Below are positions 1 to 12,029 of a DNA stretch of 64,000 bases, one piece after another. Source of the DNA: Marsupella aquatica (taxonomy: Eukaryota > Plantae > Marchantiophyta); NCBI GenBank assembly GCA_973895155.1, contig OZ316891.1, forward strand, positions 24,365,899 to 24,429,898, in the 5' to 3' direction. Under the pieces are notes generated by a model that made no database searches, was not told the origin of the DNA, and saw only the letters and a program-made list of their open reading frames with translations. Within the stretch, counting starts at the first letter, position 1. Each line of letters opens with the position of its first letter. The translations under genes were made by a program, and so were the position numbers.

Positions 1-1737
1 CCCTCCTCCAAAAAAGTGAGATGTCAATCTTCTCACCCGACTTTGGTGGCCAAATCTGTGTGAAAAAACGAGATTTCACTCTCATTTGGAAATCTTCAAA
101 GTCCTCCTCTATGTCAAGGATCAGCGATGGCTTTGTCTTCTCAAAGGAAGTAAGGATCCTTGCATCTGGAACAGTTGGGATCATCTCTGAAATAATCTCA
201 GACATGAGCGAAGAACAAATTGACTCAACCTGCTTCCATACAGCCCATCGGTGAAGCCAAAGTTTTGTTTCGCTGTCCGAGAATTGACCAGGGTGGAAGT
301 ACTTCTTGCGAAGCTCAGGTCTGCATTGTGCCTCGAGGAGTACACATCTGAGCTGCAGAGTCAACGATGAGACACCCGTAAATAGCCTCGCACGATCGAG
401 ACCACATGACACATTACCCCTTCCTTTATCGTCTGTTCGTTGGGCCTCCTTCCTCTCATGTTTGCAATAGTTGTGCATCTCAACACACTTCTGGAAAAAG
501 TCACCAAACTCAGGATTCAGGAGAGGTCGAATCTTTGGCACCTTCACATTCCAATCTGCTAGTTGCTCCTTCATCATGTCTTTCACTGCCATGTCTTGCG
601 CAGCTTTTGAAAGAGGTTCTCCTTGCGCTTCTTTCAATTGGAACTTCTTCTTCAAATCTTCCGTCTACGCTGCAATATTAGCAGCAGACAAAATGTACGT
701 GCAGGCATCGAGTGTCATGTTCTTCGAATACCAAGCCGGTTTCCTGATATTTGCCATCTTCTGCTGGAAAAGTTTGTAGTTGTCTGCATCGATGATATCT
801 TTGTATACAGAAAGGTCATTACTGAGCACCTTCTAGACTCTCTTTGCTTGAAGGACCCAAGAATTCTCAACGTGACATTGAGTCAACCTGAACAAAAGAA
901 ACAGGTCAGCGAGATCGCTAACAAGAGGAACTGAAAGAATTTTATATACAATTTAGAGCTTGAAGGAAAAGAAACAAACCTATTCAGCGCATGCATCGCC
1001 GACTCAATCTGAACGAATGAGTTCTTGTCACCCTTGAAAATTTGGCAAACAACTCGAGGATGATATTTGACATCATGGGGATTCTCGTCCGCAAGCTGCA
1101 TCCATGAGTACAGACGATGATTTCCATCGAAAACACAGAACATTTTGTCTTTCAAAATTTTGAAAGCTTCGTGAGAATCACATTCCCTCTCGAATTCTTC
1201 ATTTTGAAGAATCCACATGTCATCCCACGACTCCCGAATCACATCCTCGCACATCTGGACAAGGCCATCCTTGCCGGTCATTTGGACGTAAAATCGAGGC
1301 GCATCTTTGATGTATCCCTGCGTCCGGAATTCATTCTTGAGTGTCTCGATTGCAATCGAGTTTGTTTGCAAGGACCGAACGATCTGCATGTTTCGCATAC
1401 TGCAAAGGGGAATCCTTGGAGGAGCGAGGGGGAATCCAAATTTGTCATTTCCAAAAGGGAAAAGATGGCGATTGATGACAACATAATAGGGTTCTGAAGC
1501 TCCAAGTTGAAACGTAGGATTCACAACATCTACTTGGTTCACCATCTTGGGCCTCCTTGGTGTTTTCAATCCCGCCTGGAGCGCCTTCTTGTTCACTGTA
1601 GACCTTGTCTCCCTTCGGCTTGACTTGACTGACTTGAACGATCCTATTGATGACAAGCTCTTGGGTGAAGACAATGGCTCCATCAGCGGGTCCGTGAAGT
1701 GATAAGGGTATGAACAGGTCAAGGTCGAGGGCGACAC
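1..1737 (-). pseudogene. ParB/Sulfiredoxin-fold protein gene of the MULE-like element; spliced, exon 2 has stops and runs off the left edge
   Basis: ORF 883..1737 has 'IETLKNEFRTQGY' and 'CVFDGNHRLYSW' (ParB/Srx DGxHR motif). A GT-AG intron 979..888 joins 'HALNR' to 'LTQCHVENSW'; the downstream frame has in-frame TAG stops. Confidence 0.6.
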
Positions 1738-2359
1738 GCTTTGCGAATGTAAAGAAACCCAAGAATTGATCTTCCAGTCAAAGACAGAATCGTACCCTCG
1801 TCTATTGCTTTCACCTGAATGCAGCGCCCGGTCGTGAAAAGAGATACAGATATTCTGTATGACTCTCCTCGCAATCTTTTTTCAGACACCGTCAGGTATA
1901 CATGTACTTCTGGAAATACGAACCACCGAACTCACGACTAAAAGAAAAGTATCTATTGGCAAAGAGATAGGTGTTCGGTACTGTACCGTACCGTTGACAT
2001 ATAGGTACCCGTTGACCAATTCCAACGGATATAAACAGTCATAATGGTCTCTTATGAGAAACTATTTTTGCTAGCGACATCGCTAGCCAAAAACTGATCA
2101 CTAAATCCATGAACTCGTGAAGGGTGTTTTGTAAGGTTTTGAACCATTTTACTTGGTTCATTGAGCTAGCGATCTTGCTAGCTTTATCATTCCGTAAATA
2201 GTGTCATATAAGACAAAATAATGGTCAGATAACGGGAATAAGAGGCATTTATTAAATAAATACGTTGAGTCCAACACCTACACAAGCACGTTTCCTCATA
2301 TGTATTTGGAGAAAGAAGAGAGCGAAGTATCTCACATTTGAGGATTGTTGTAGACTGTA

Positions 2360-5300
2360 ATGTCCAAAAGTGTCAGCATGTCTTCATTGGGATCGAAGGT
2401 TGTGATCGAGAGAAAGACGACGGGTGATGTTGTTGTTCTGGATGTTCCGAAGAATACTATTATCTCTGTCAAGGAGTCTTTTCTCTCATCGAGGTTTGGG
2501 CTTTTGAAAGATGATTTCATCTGGAAGTTGTTCGTTCTTTACTCTCGGAATGGATCCAGAAGTCACAAGGTGTTGGATAATGGTTCAGGAATATTGCCAG
2601 AGAGAGCTTGGGACCTGAAGTGTGGTTCAGCTGTAGAGCTAGTCTCATGTAAGGATGACATTGCACATATCAATGTTTCCGATCCAGAATCCCCGACTCG
2701 CCCATCACCTGCAGTACCAGAAATTATCGACATCTCCCCTGAGAGTGTGGGTCGGGATCTCTCTTCTGTGTCGACAAAGTCTTCTGAGAAATCCGTTTTT
2801 GAAGCAGTGAGTCAAAACGAATTTCAATCTCAGCCAGTTCTTTATCAAGTTAGTGCATATGATGCCTTCCTCAATATTACTGGGTCAAGCGAGTTGGCAA
2901 ATTTCCGCAGGGGAAACAATTGGAAGGAGATTCAAGTGCAGACTTTGCCCACTTCATACAACGGAAACTGCGTTTTTGAGCTTCCTCCGGTCGATGGTCA
3001 ATTTCGTCGAGCATATGGTCTTCAGGACATGGATAGGGATAATGACGGCTACCCATGGATGAGACTTCTCACAACTTCAGCTAATCTCAAACCTCGCAAT
3101 CACTGGTCTGTGTCAAAAGTCAGATGTGCCGGTGTACTTGAATGTCAAAATCTGGTCTGGAGAAAGTTGAAGCACACTGGTTCAAAAAATGACTCTTCCT
3201 TCCAAGGAAAGGGACAATTTACTGAGCCATTTCATCTTGGTGAGCTTGTGGAGGAAGGAGGGTTGGTGTGCGGATTCTGTGAGGAGAGGCCTCTCTGCAT
3301 CCGTGAATGTCCGGCTAAACTTTTGTACATCTATCCTAAGCTGTCTCTTGAAACAAATGTTGCGAAACATATGTCTCGATTGGCTGTTCACATGGGTTTC
3401 CATGACCACGTTGTTTGGAAAGGGAAATCTCGATTGGCAAAACAGAAGGCGGAGGTGATAGTTTATGGTGTTCATAAAGCGAATCCCGTGTGTACGCCAG
3501 GGCGTGTTCTTAACAAGTCTATAGGAAACCTGGTTTCTCTTTTGCATCCAGAGTCTTCTTCAGAACTATCAAAAGAAGAAGAGAGAGAGATATGGGAATC
3601 GATGAAGGTTGTGTCCACTGTTGAGAAATTCCAGGCCATATTCCGGAGCGTGAAAATGGATAACCCAAAAAAAGGTGAGTTGGATTCTCTTCGTGAGATG
3701 CAAGCACGGAATAATTTTCCTTTTGTTGAGAGGTACCTTTTCCCTAGTCAGGGGAGCAAGACCGATAGGGCTCATGTCTTCAAAATGAGTACAAATGGCC
3801 CAGGTTCTGGTGTCGATATTCTCAAGCAGATGAAGAGTGGAGGTGAGCTGGAAGGAGCATGGGTCAGTTCTGATGTAATGCAGAGAATAAGCACTGGCTG
3901 GCTGACTTTCAGCGCCCATGTGTACGACCATAATTACAGGTCCCTTTGTACCATCTTCACTTGTGAGCTCCGTGCGGAGGACTCCTTATCTCTTAAAACC
4001 GCATGGAGATATATGATTGAAGTTGCCTCTGATCATGACGTGCATGACCCACTCATTGGAGGATTTATTGCCGATAATGCCGAGGCTAGATGGATCGCCA
4101 TTCAAAATGTTTTTTTTTGAGGTGTCCGTCACCCACAGAAGGAGCACAGTGACGCCTTTCACTTTGCTCAATCTCTTTGTCGTCACACATTGGAGGGTAT
4201 TCGGGAAGATCGCCATCGAGAGCACTATAAACTGTGGGAAAGGCTGAGAACAGCACCAACATATGTTCAGGCCTACCGTGGTGCTGACAAAATCCATCGT
4301 TGGTGGAAGGAAGGAAACTGCTATGCTGGGAAATTGAAGTCTCTCCAAGGATGGTTATCTTGGTGGGTTGTGAGGTGGAGGCAGTGGGGGAACTTCATCC
4401 GCGTTGTAAGTGTCCAATTTCATTTCTCTTTGACGTCATTGTTTTTGCTAGCAACCTCGCTAGCATATCAGGTCTGACTGGGGACTACTTTTTTGCAGAC
4501 GCAAACCGCAATGGAGTCAGCCTTGATGCCAAATTGTACTAGAGCGGAATCAGTCCATGCATCCATGAGATCCTGCCAAATGAAGAAACTAGTGGGATTG
4601 ATTGAAGCATGTGAGGTGGACCAGAATCGTGCTACGGGGAAAATTGCTGCTTTTACTGCCTACAGTGAAGGTGTTCACAAAGGCCAGAGGCCGACCATTT
4701 TCGAATTAGCATATAGGAACGCCGATGCTATGGGATCCATGGATGCTTACAAAAAGGCAGCAAATCTTTTGCTTGAGTCTTCAGCTAAGTATGAATTCTA
4801 TAGAACAGTTCCATTACATGGCGATCTCCGATAACATCCACAAAGAGGAAAGGGAAAGCTTCAGCTGTAATCCACAAGAATGACTCCCACAGACATGACA
4901 AGGTGTCACGCACAACAGCTTCTCCTTCAGGACTAAAAAGGCGTAATCTCTATCCTGAATTTCGCTTCGTCAATGTTTCGGAGACTTTTGCGGACCCAGA
5001 AATAGCAAATAATACAACTTCGGCAACCCCTGTTGGAGGTTGTTCTGCTGAAGTTATCCATATTTCAGATGACAAATGGTGATGATGCAAGTCGTAATGT
5101 CAATGATACCAAGAAGATGGGGACTCAACCTTTGTGTGATGTCGGGGATGACCATCAGGATGCACCCCAAAGGATCCCTTCCATCCGAGAGGTTGATGTT
5201 CCTTATGGGACCTGGCATCTCAGGCGGAGCGGTAGAGGTGCTGGACCTGTTTGCAACGGGTCGGTTGACCAAAGCGTTTTTGGAAGAGATGAATGTAGAA

Positions 5301-6063
5301 ATCTCATCAAGGAGACTGGATGTAAGTCCGCGCAAGGGGGAATTGTTGGAGTCGCCATTCACGGGTTGCGATTATCGTCTCCACATCGCGAGTTGTTGTA
5401 CTTCTGTCCTAACAATAAGTGTCACAAGAGCCGAGGACGCAGAACTCTAGCTCAACTACCCCCCCCCCACCCAAGTCGCTCAAGGTTCAGCGTGGGACTT
5501 GCCTCTCCCATCCCGAGATAGAGTTTCTGCTGGGATTAGGATTCCAGATCAGTGGACTCTCCTATGTGGATGCAAATTAAGTTGGAGAGTTCCCGTCCCC
5601 CAATCGGGTCAACCTACGAATTGATGTTAACTCATTCCCCGAACAAATTGATCTAACTAATGTGGACCGTCGGTTGAAAACCCGAAATGGTAAGGGTGCA
5701 CGACAGCGTTTCAGCAATACTCCAGAGTTGCTCAAGCGCATCGTTTCCGCTACACAAGAATACATGAGAGTTGTCAGAAATGAGAAGGTAACTACCGGAA
5801 ATGGATGGGGTTGGAGATACTTGATCGCCACTCACGAGACTGATTCACAAGTTCCGCACACATATTGGGTGCAAATCTGTTGTTTCCCTTCGTGTTCTTG
5901 TGAAGACTTTTATAAGAGGCATACACGAGGGAAACCATACATGTCTTGTAAACATCTTTTGTGGGTGTATTTAAACAAGTTTTCACTCAACCTGGAGAAG
6001 GACGACCTTGTCAAACAGCCGATTTTGACTGTTGTGGAAGTGAGGAGTTTAATTCCGTTATAG
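2360..6063 (+). pseudogene. Mutator/MULE-type transposase with C-terminal SWIM finger (frameshifted, stops)
   Basis: Cys/His region (CAGVLECQN...CGFCEERP...GFHDH), MULE-like core 'WVSSDVM...GFIADNAEARWIAIQNVF' followed by a degenerate 'xxFHFAQ' after a poly-T frameshift near 4115; intron 4406-4498; SWIM 'CSCEDF...MSCKHLLWV' in ORF 5662..6063. Confidence 0.75.
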
Positions 6064-6725
6064 ATAGGGGAGTAGTCGTTTATTGGTGATGCTAATTATA
6101 GGGTGGTGGGATGGATTACTCAAGTTTGTGGTTTCACAAATATCAATCTGTTTTCACCGAGTGAATCATAATGTTAGCAAGGTCCATAATGGTAACTTTT
6201 ATGGTGTTTGAGTTTGTTATTTATGGCTAGCGATCTCTCTAGTCTTAGGAAGTCTGCTACATCTAGACAGAAACATCCGACTTCCAGCCGTTTTAACCTA
6301 TCGACAAGTATGTATAGAGTTCACGGTTTGATCATTAAAATGACGCCAGTTTTTTGCTAGCGAGATCGCTAGTCTGATCAACGCAATAAAGTTTACTGTA
6401 GAGTGACAGGATGTGTTCTTGGGAGGGAAGTTTTCTCTGAAGTTGTTGCGGTAATACTCTGTCGAATTGATTATCTAAGATGAACACATCGAAGATTGAT
6501 CTGAAATGTAGAGGCAGTTCTATACTAGCGATATCGCTAGTCTGGGAAGGGTCCAACTGTGACTCCCAAATAAACGTACTATGTACAAAATGACATTCCA
6601 GAGCAACACATAGAAAGGAAAGGAACACCAAAACTTTACTTCCCATACATATTGAAAGTACATGAGGACATGTCATTCGCTTGTAACTACAAAATTTTTA
6701 GTAAACCCACAACCTGACTCTCCCC

Positions 6726-7154
6726 TCAGGGGCTGGCCGCCTTCCATGCATCGGAGTCAGTGTCTGACTCAGAATTGTAATCCGAAGAGGCGAGGCGTTC
6801 CTCGGTCCAATAGTCATAGATCTCCCTCTCAATCCAATACTGCTCCTCTTCTGCGAGCCTCTTCCTCTTCGATACAACCTCGCGCTGTGTGGTATCCACC
6901 TTTGGCTTCGGTGGAGACTTCGCTGCTGGAATTAACTTTGGAGGAGTCGGTGTTCTCCTCAATGATGATGACGATCCAACAGATTGACCGAGTTCAGTTG
7001 GGACACTGCTGTCTGCGGAGACCTTCACAGTCTCTGCGTCGGGTTTTTGCTTCGGAGGAGAGTCATCTTCTAGCGGGCCATCCGTCGCTGGGTTGTAACG
7101 ACGGATCTCAAGTCGCCATTTCCCCTGAGGAGGATTGCTTGGAACCCCTGACAT
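6726..7154 (-). CDS. Small accessory ORF or last exon within the MULE-like element; unknown function
   Basis: 142-aa ORF, low-complexity middle, KRKR basic patch, acidic tail 'YWIEREIYDYWTEERLASSDYNSESDTDSD'; lies between palindrome copies. Confidence 0.4.
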   Translation of the reverse strand: MSGVPSNPPQGKWRLEIRRYNPATDGPLEDDSPPKQKPDAETVKVSADSSVPTELGQSVGSSSSLRRTPTPPKLIPAAKSPPKPKVDTTQREVVSKRKRLAEEEQYWIEREIYDYWTEERLASSDYNSESDTDSDAWKAASP

Positions 7155-9290
7155 TTCTCTGCACTTACAAAACCCAAACAGTGATTAAGAAGAACGACAT
7201 TCAACAAATGGAAACACTATTCACGATGAAATACGATGAATGTCATGCCTTGTCGGAGAGTGATTCTCTAAAAACAGCTCAGAACCATAGACCCGCGCTA
7301 ACCTGATCTGGATCTCAAGTACTAGGAACACTGATAGCAGTTTCGAATGAAAGAGCTCGAGTCGGACGCGGTGGAAGTGATCGGAAGAATGATTCGGAAG
7401 ACTGGTGGTTTTTGGGTGAGCGGCTTTGTTTAAGTGGACGGTTCGCCGCCTTGGATTCGCCTCTGGTTCGAACGGTAAGTGTCCGTTCACTTGCAAGTGA
7501 CTTAATCAGTGTCCAAACGGCCTTAATCCTCCTTTCCTCGACAGTAATGAGACGTTGATTCTTTTCACGCAAGAATTGCGCAGTACTTTTTCGTTATTAC
7601 TCTTCCTCGGGTGGGAATTTTCACATGTGGAAGCCTGTACGTGGAGACCATACCTTGTTTGAGTGGCTCAATGTGTTGGCATCATTAGACTAGCGATTTC
7701 GCTGGCCTGAAGAAATGTCATTTTGATTGGTCGAAAATGGATCTAGTGCGTTCACGGGACTAGAATCGTCCATGGGTAGCCGTCAATATTTACTGATCGA
7801 ACAGGGTCTCCATGCTAAAGGGGAATATTCCAGACCTTTTTTGGGCCCCAACACAAGATGAAATCTTGCCCGTGCGAGCAAAAATTCTACTGTTTGCTCG
7901 CACGTTACAATTACCCCTGTGCACTTCCCACTCATCCGCGCCAGTCCAGCTAGATAGTTCACTAATGAAATTATCACTGATGGAGTCTGGACTCGAGCCT
8001 TGGTCTGACTATTAACGTCCACAACAGAGCTTACCTAGTTGGAAAGTATGTACGAAATAGGAAACCAGAAAGTGGGACACCAAAGAGCAGGTCGAAAAGT
8101 ACTAATGGAGAAAGCACTCATGAGTATGGCAAGGGCGCGGATGACTGTTTAGGGAGAAGAGACAACTACATATGGCCACCAGTCCTGTGACGGATGATGT
8201 GACAGTACTCAGGTCTCGCGAATGGCTTGGAGACCTAGTAGCTCCGGCGGAAAACGATAGTTTCCCACTTTCACTATATGTGATTAGGTGTCTAGCCTAA
8301 ATCCAGTTCCCAGGTGGGATTGTTATTACCAGTTCAAATTCTTCGGAGGCGAAACAACTATCTCCTCTGTCCCTTCCTACAGAAAACACAGAGGCAGTTG
8401 CGAAGAAATTGTAACACAAATACGGACAATAAGATAACCTCTGTCAGAAGCTGAAGGCAGTAAAGCATTGGCTGAAGGCAGCATTGGCAACTCCGTGCCA
8501 GCGATGAGGACGCCAGCTTACAAGAGAACGTGTCAATTTTCCGTCGTAACAACGCAGCCTGACAGAGGAAGACGGTTCACCCATCCACAAAGTAACAGAC
8601 TTGGAATGAAATTAAAGCATTTAAAAGAAGGGTTGAGTTAGATAGTCTAGCTTACAACCATAAAACAAGTTACCATAGTCCTGATCATACGTGCATTGTC
8701 CATAATTCAATCCAAAGCAATGCGGGTAACAACTTTATCGCACAGACCCACAGAAAACAGGGACTGACTGACTAAAGTTCCTGAGAATTCAGCTTCTACA
8801 AAAAGTGCTCATTAATCACCACAGCAGATTCAAGAACTGACTGTTCGGGATCTAGCCCAAATTGGACATAAGCTGATTTGATCTTAATTCTTCAAAATTT
8901 TAAATACAAAATGTGAATTGCTCACAGCAGGAGAAGATACCCAATCGGGTAGGAGACCAATGCTAGGACGACAGATCCGCTCTACAAAAGATTCGTGCTG
9001 GCAACAGAACTCTCTGTACGAAAATCGCCGAGATAAATCCTTTCCTTGACGTGTAAGTACCGTTATGAGCAGGTTATGAACCTGCTCCACCATGAAATAA
9101 TCTTCTGAAGCGTACGACAAAATATCCGATAACGGGCTTTCTCGAATCTCTTCTTGCCCCTAGACATTGTATGGCTATCCTTAACAATCTTTTCGAGGGT
9201 CAGGCAGTTCTCCCACCCAATGCTGGTCTAAACTTTGGGACCCATCCCAGGGAGACTGTACAAAAGTTTCGATTGAAGTTTCAAAATTTA

Positions 9291-11751
9291 TCACTCCGTG
9301 AAAGGTAGCGTCCCTCCAGCAGCCAGGAGTCGTTGCTCCAACTTCAAACACCAGGTAATAGGTCAGACGAAAACATCTGGGACGAAACAAACCTAACCTA
9401 ATTCAACACTGTTATCATCCCCAGCTTGTTTGTACAAACTAAAGCAATTGTCCTGCTTTTGAAGGATGAGTCCACAATATAAGTCCTCTTCATGAAAGCC
9501 TATCATGCCAAAATTAGAAAGGCTACTTCAATCACACCACAGGCAGGACCACCAAAAGAGTCAACTACTCCTTGACCCATTACTAGACTTGTGAAAAAAT
9601 AGGAAGCCCAAAAATGCACAAACCCTCCAGCTCCCGAGTAACGAGATTATTTAAAGGGAATCAATAATTTGCTTCCACGACACATTCATAGGGGAACAAA
9701 TCCCTCACACACCAGAGACTTCCGGCCCAGCAATTCGAATCGAAACAAAGCACCAAGCAGGCATTATAAGAGAAGAATTTTACCGCAAGCATGGCTTCTA
9801 GTTTAGACTTTACTAAATAGAACTCCTGCTTAACCTGAGCCAGCGCTTGCTGGCACCTGCGACAACAGCATGTCCAGTAAGTAGAAAATATTGCCCGATA
9901 AACTTGCCTCGTCAAAAGAAAATCTTGAAGCAACTCATTAGTGCCGGACGCGGCTACCTCAAAAGAGACATACTGCAAGGAGTGACATCCACTCATTTCC
10001 GAGGAAGTGCCTGGTTGAGACGAACAGAACAGTACCACACCAAGCCTACCCAGATCTCCCTCATCATAGCTCCAAAATCTAGGAACAAAAAGTTGCAACA
10101 TGCACAATACGCCGGGAGAACGCATGATGTAACCAACTCCGAAAAGGAGTCCTACGACCCTGATAATAATATTCGCACGGATTGTACCACGAGATTGGCA
10201 AAGGAGTGGCAATTGCATGCCCGGAAAAGCGTGAACAGCATTACCCTTGTTTATTTTCTTCCTCACAACACGCACGAAATGTAATGCACGCGGTTTTCAC
10301 TCGTTGAGCTCCAATACTGGAAAAAGACAACCACATCAATACCGTTAGTGCTACGGTGGGTACCATATGGCAAGGGACACTCTTGGAATACTGCCGTTCT
10401 CGGCTGTAATGCAAGATTTCAGCATTTGAAACGGTGTAGTAGCCCAACCTGCTATGATCTACATATCATAGACGCTGGACTGTAATCAAAACCCCATAAA
10501 AACATAAAAACAGGTTACTCCCGGAGAGGACCGAGAAACTCACTGGACCAACGAATCCATAGTTAGCATTCATGCTTACATATCACAAGCAGAAGTAATA
10601 TGCCATAAGCATAAAACCCGACGGGTTTGTACCTGGAACTGCTCCCCTTAAATTGATGAACGTTCGCATCAACCCTCTTGTAATCAATCGGATCCGTCTC
10701 TCTGTCGATAGCACAGAACAGAAAGTTCAAAACCGTGAGATTAATGTCCACATGCTTCAAAACAGAAGGGATGCAGGAATCGGTGAAGAGTTCCCTCAAT
10801 CCCACAAAAGAGGTCCTACATTACATCCAGGATATGGCGCTAACAAACACCGGCGACACAAAAAGCAACAATTAACGCCATTCGTGGCCAGTTTCCAATT
10901 TCACAGCCGCATGCAGTAGTGGCCTCCAACGACCCATTCCAAATCATTGCCGAGCGAGCCATCACACACAAGCAGGCGACACGAGAATTACACCAACCAA
11001 AACGTGAACCGTCCGACAAAGGGCCACTAAGATCACCGAAAATCACGAATTCTGTCAGGGGAAAAAAGAGAGGTCCTGCAGGCCAACTTAGATGGAGGCT
11101 GGTCGATCAACCAATTCAGTCATGATGTTTCTAAACGAAGAAGTACATGAAGGGAGGAAGGATTCATACAGAGATTCCGTTAATTGTTCCAATAGCTTCT
11201 CCGAATCATCGAAGAACAGAGAAACCACCTCCGAGACGAACTCAGGGTTATTTTCATCCTGAAGTAGCTGAAGTTGAGTAAACTGATCGTCCAACAACCC
11301 CTGCAATCAATCGGAATAATGGCGTGAGCACAAATGCGATAGGCCCAAACAGAAGAAACCGCTCCAACTGCATAAGGAGCAAAATCAAAATATCCCAGCT
11401 TCGCGAATGCTACAAAAAGTAAGATTCGGGCAAACTGTCCAGTGCCTTCTACTTAAGTGACGGCTTCAAGCGAATAGGACCCCGCAAGGACACATTCCAA
11501 AGAGTCCACAGTGAAAATCTCCTTGCTTCTCATGAATGTCTCCAAAGCCGGGGAGGATGGAGAGTAAAAATTCGACTGTCAGAGTGAGGGTGGAATCGAG
11601 TATAGTGAACAATGATGGAAATCCAATTCCACCAAGCGGGTAGAATGGGAAAGGCGCGAAGAGGATTCGAGAAAATAAATGTAGGTCTTACCTCCAAGAA
11701 TAAACTATCTGCGTAGTCCGAGAGCTGCTGCTGCATCTTGGTCACCTCCAT
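9291..11751 (-). CDS. AHP: Histidine-containing phosphotransfer protein (AHP/HPt, two-component/cytokinin signalling), 6 exons, 151 aa
   Basis: Exons 11751-11692, 11300-11170, 10701-10633, 10316-10245, 9856-9784, 9341-9291, all GT-AG and in phase (456 nt). Protein [46 protein letters not shown]...[20 protein letters not shown]...[16 protein letters not shown]; phospho-acceptor His intact. Confidence 0.96.
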
Positions 11752-12029
11752 TTCACTGGTCGGGAATGGGTCGAAGGCCCCACTGCCCTGCTGCTGCTCC
11801 TGGGTGAAGTTACTACTAGAAGCTTTGCCTCCTGGTATGAAAGGGACGCCACCACCAATACTCCGGCCAACGTCACATAGTGCAGTTGTTGGCACAGTGC
11901 CAACATCCGAGACACTGTAGAGGATTGGGGTCGTTAGGTCATCTCGCCTCCGGTCGCCGCCACCTCCACATCCCCCGTCTCGCTCTCTTGCCGTGCTCTC
12001 CAGCGACACACTGTTACTAGTAAGGTTAT

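Larger units (their letters stand above)
906..7705. repeat. 8 dispersed copies of 16-bp palindrome CTAGCGAnnTCGCTAG
   Basis: 906 tcagcgagatcgctaa; 2071 ctagcgacatcgctag; 2166 ctagcgatcttgctag; 4448 ctagcaacctcgctag; 6227 ctagcgatctctctag; 6357 ctagcgagatcgctag; 6525 ctagcgatatcgctag; 7690 ctagcgatttcgctgg. All intronic or intergenic. Confidence 0.9.

Noticed and set aside
7735-7762. TAGTG and CTAG near the right end of the MULE-like element as a CACTA or Helitron terminus
   Set aside because: No partner end in the window, no subterminal array or hairpin, and the transposase is MULE-type; boundary left undefined.
9661-10284. ORFs 9661..10275 (-) and 9847..10284 (+) as separate genes
   Set aside because: They overlap HPt intron 4 and exon 5; no independent motifs.
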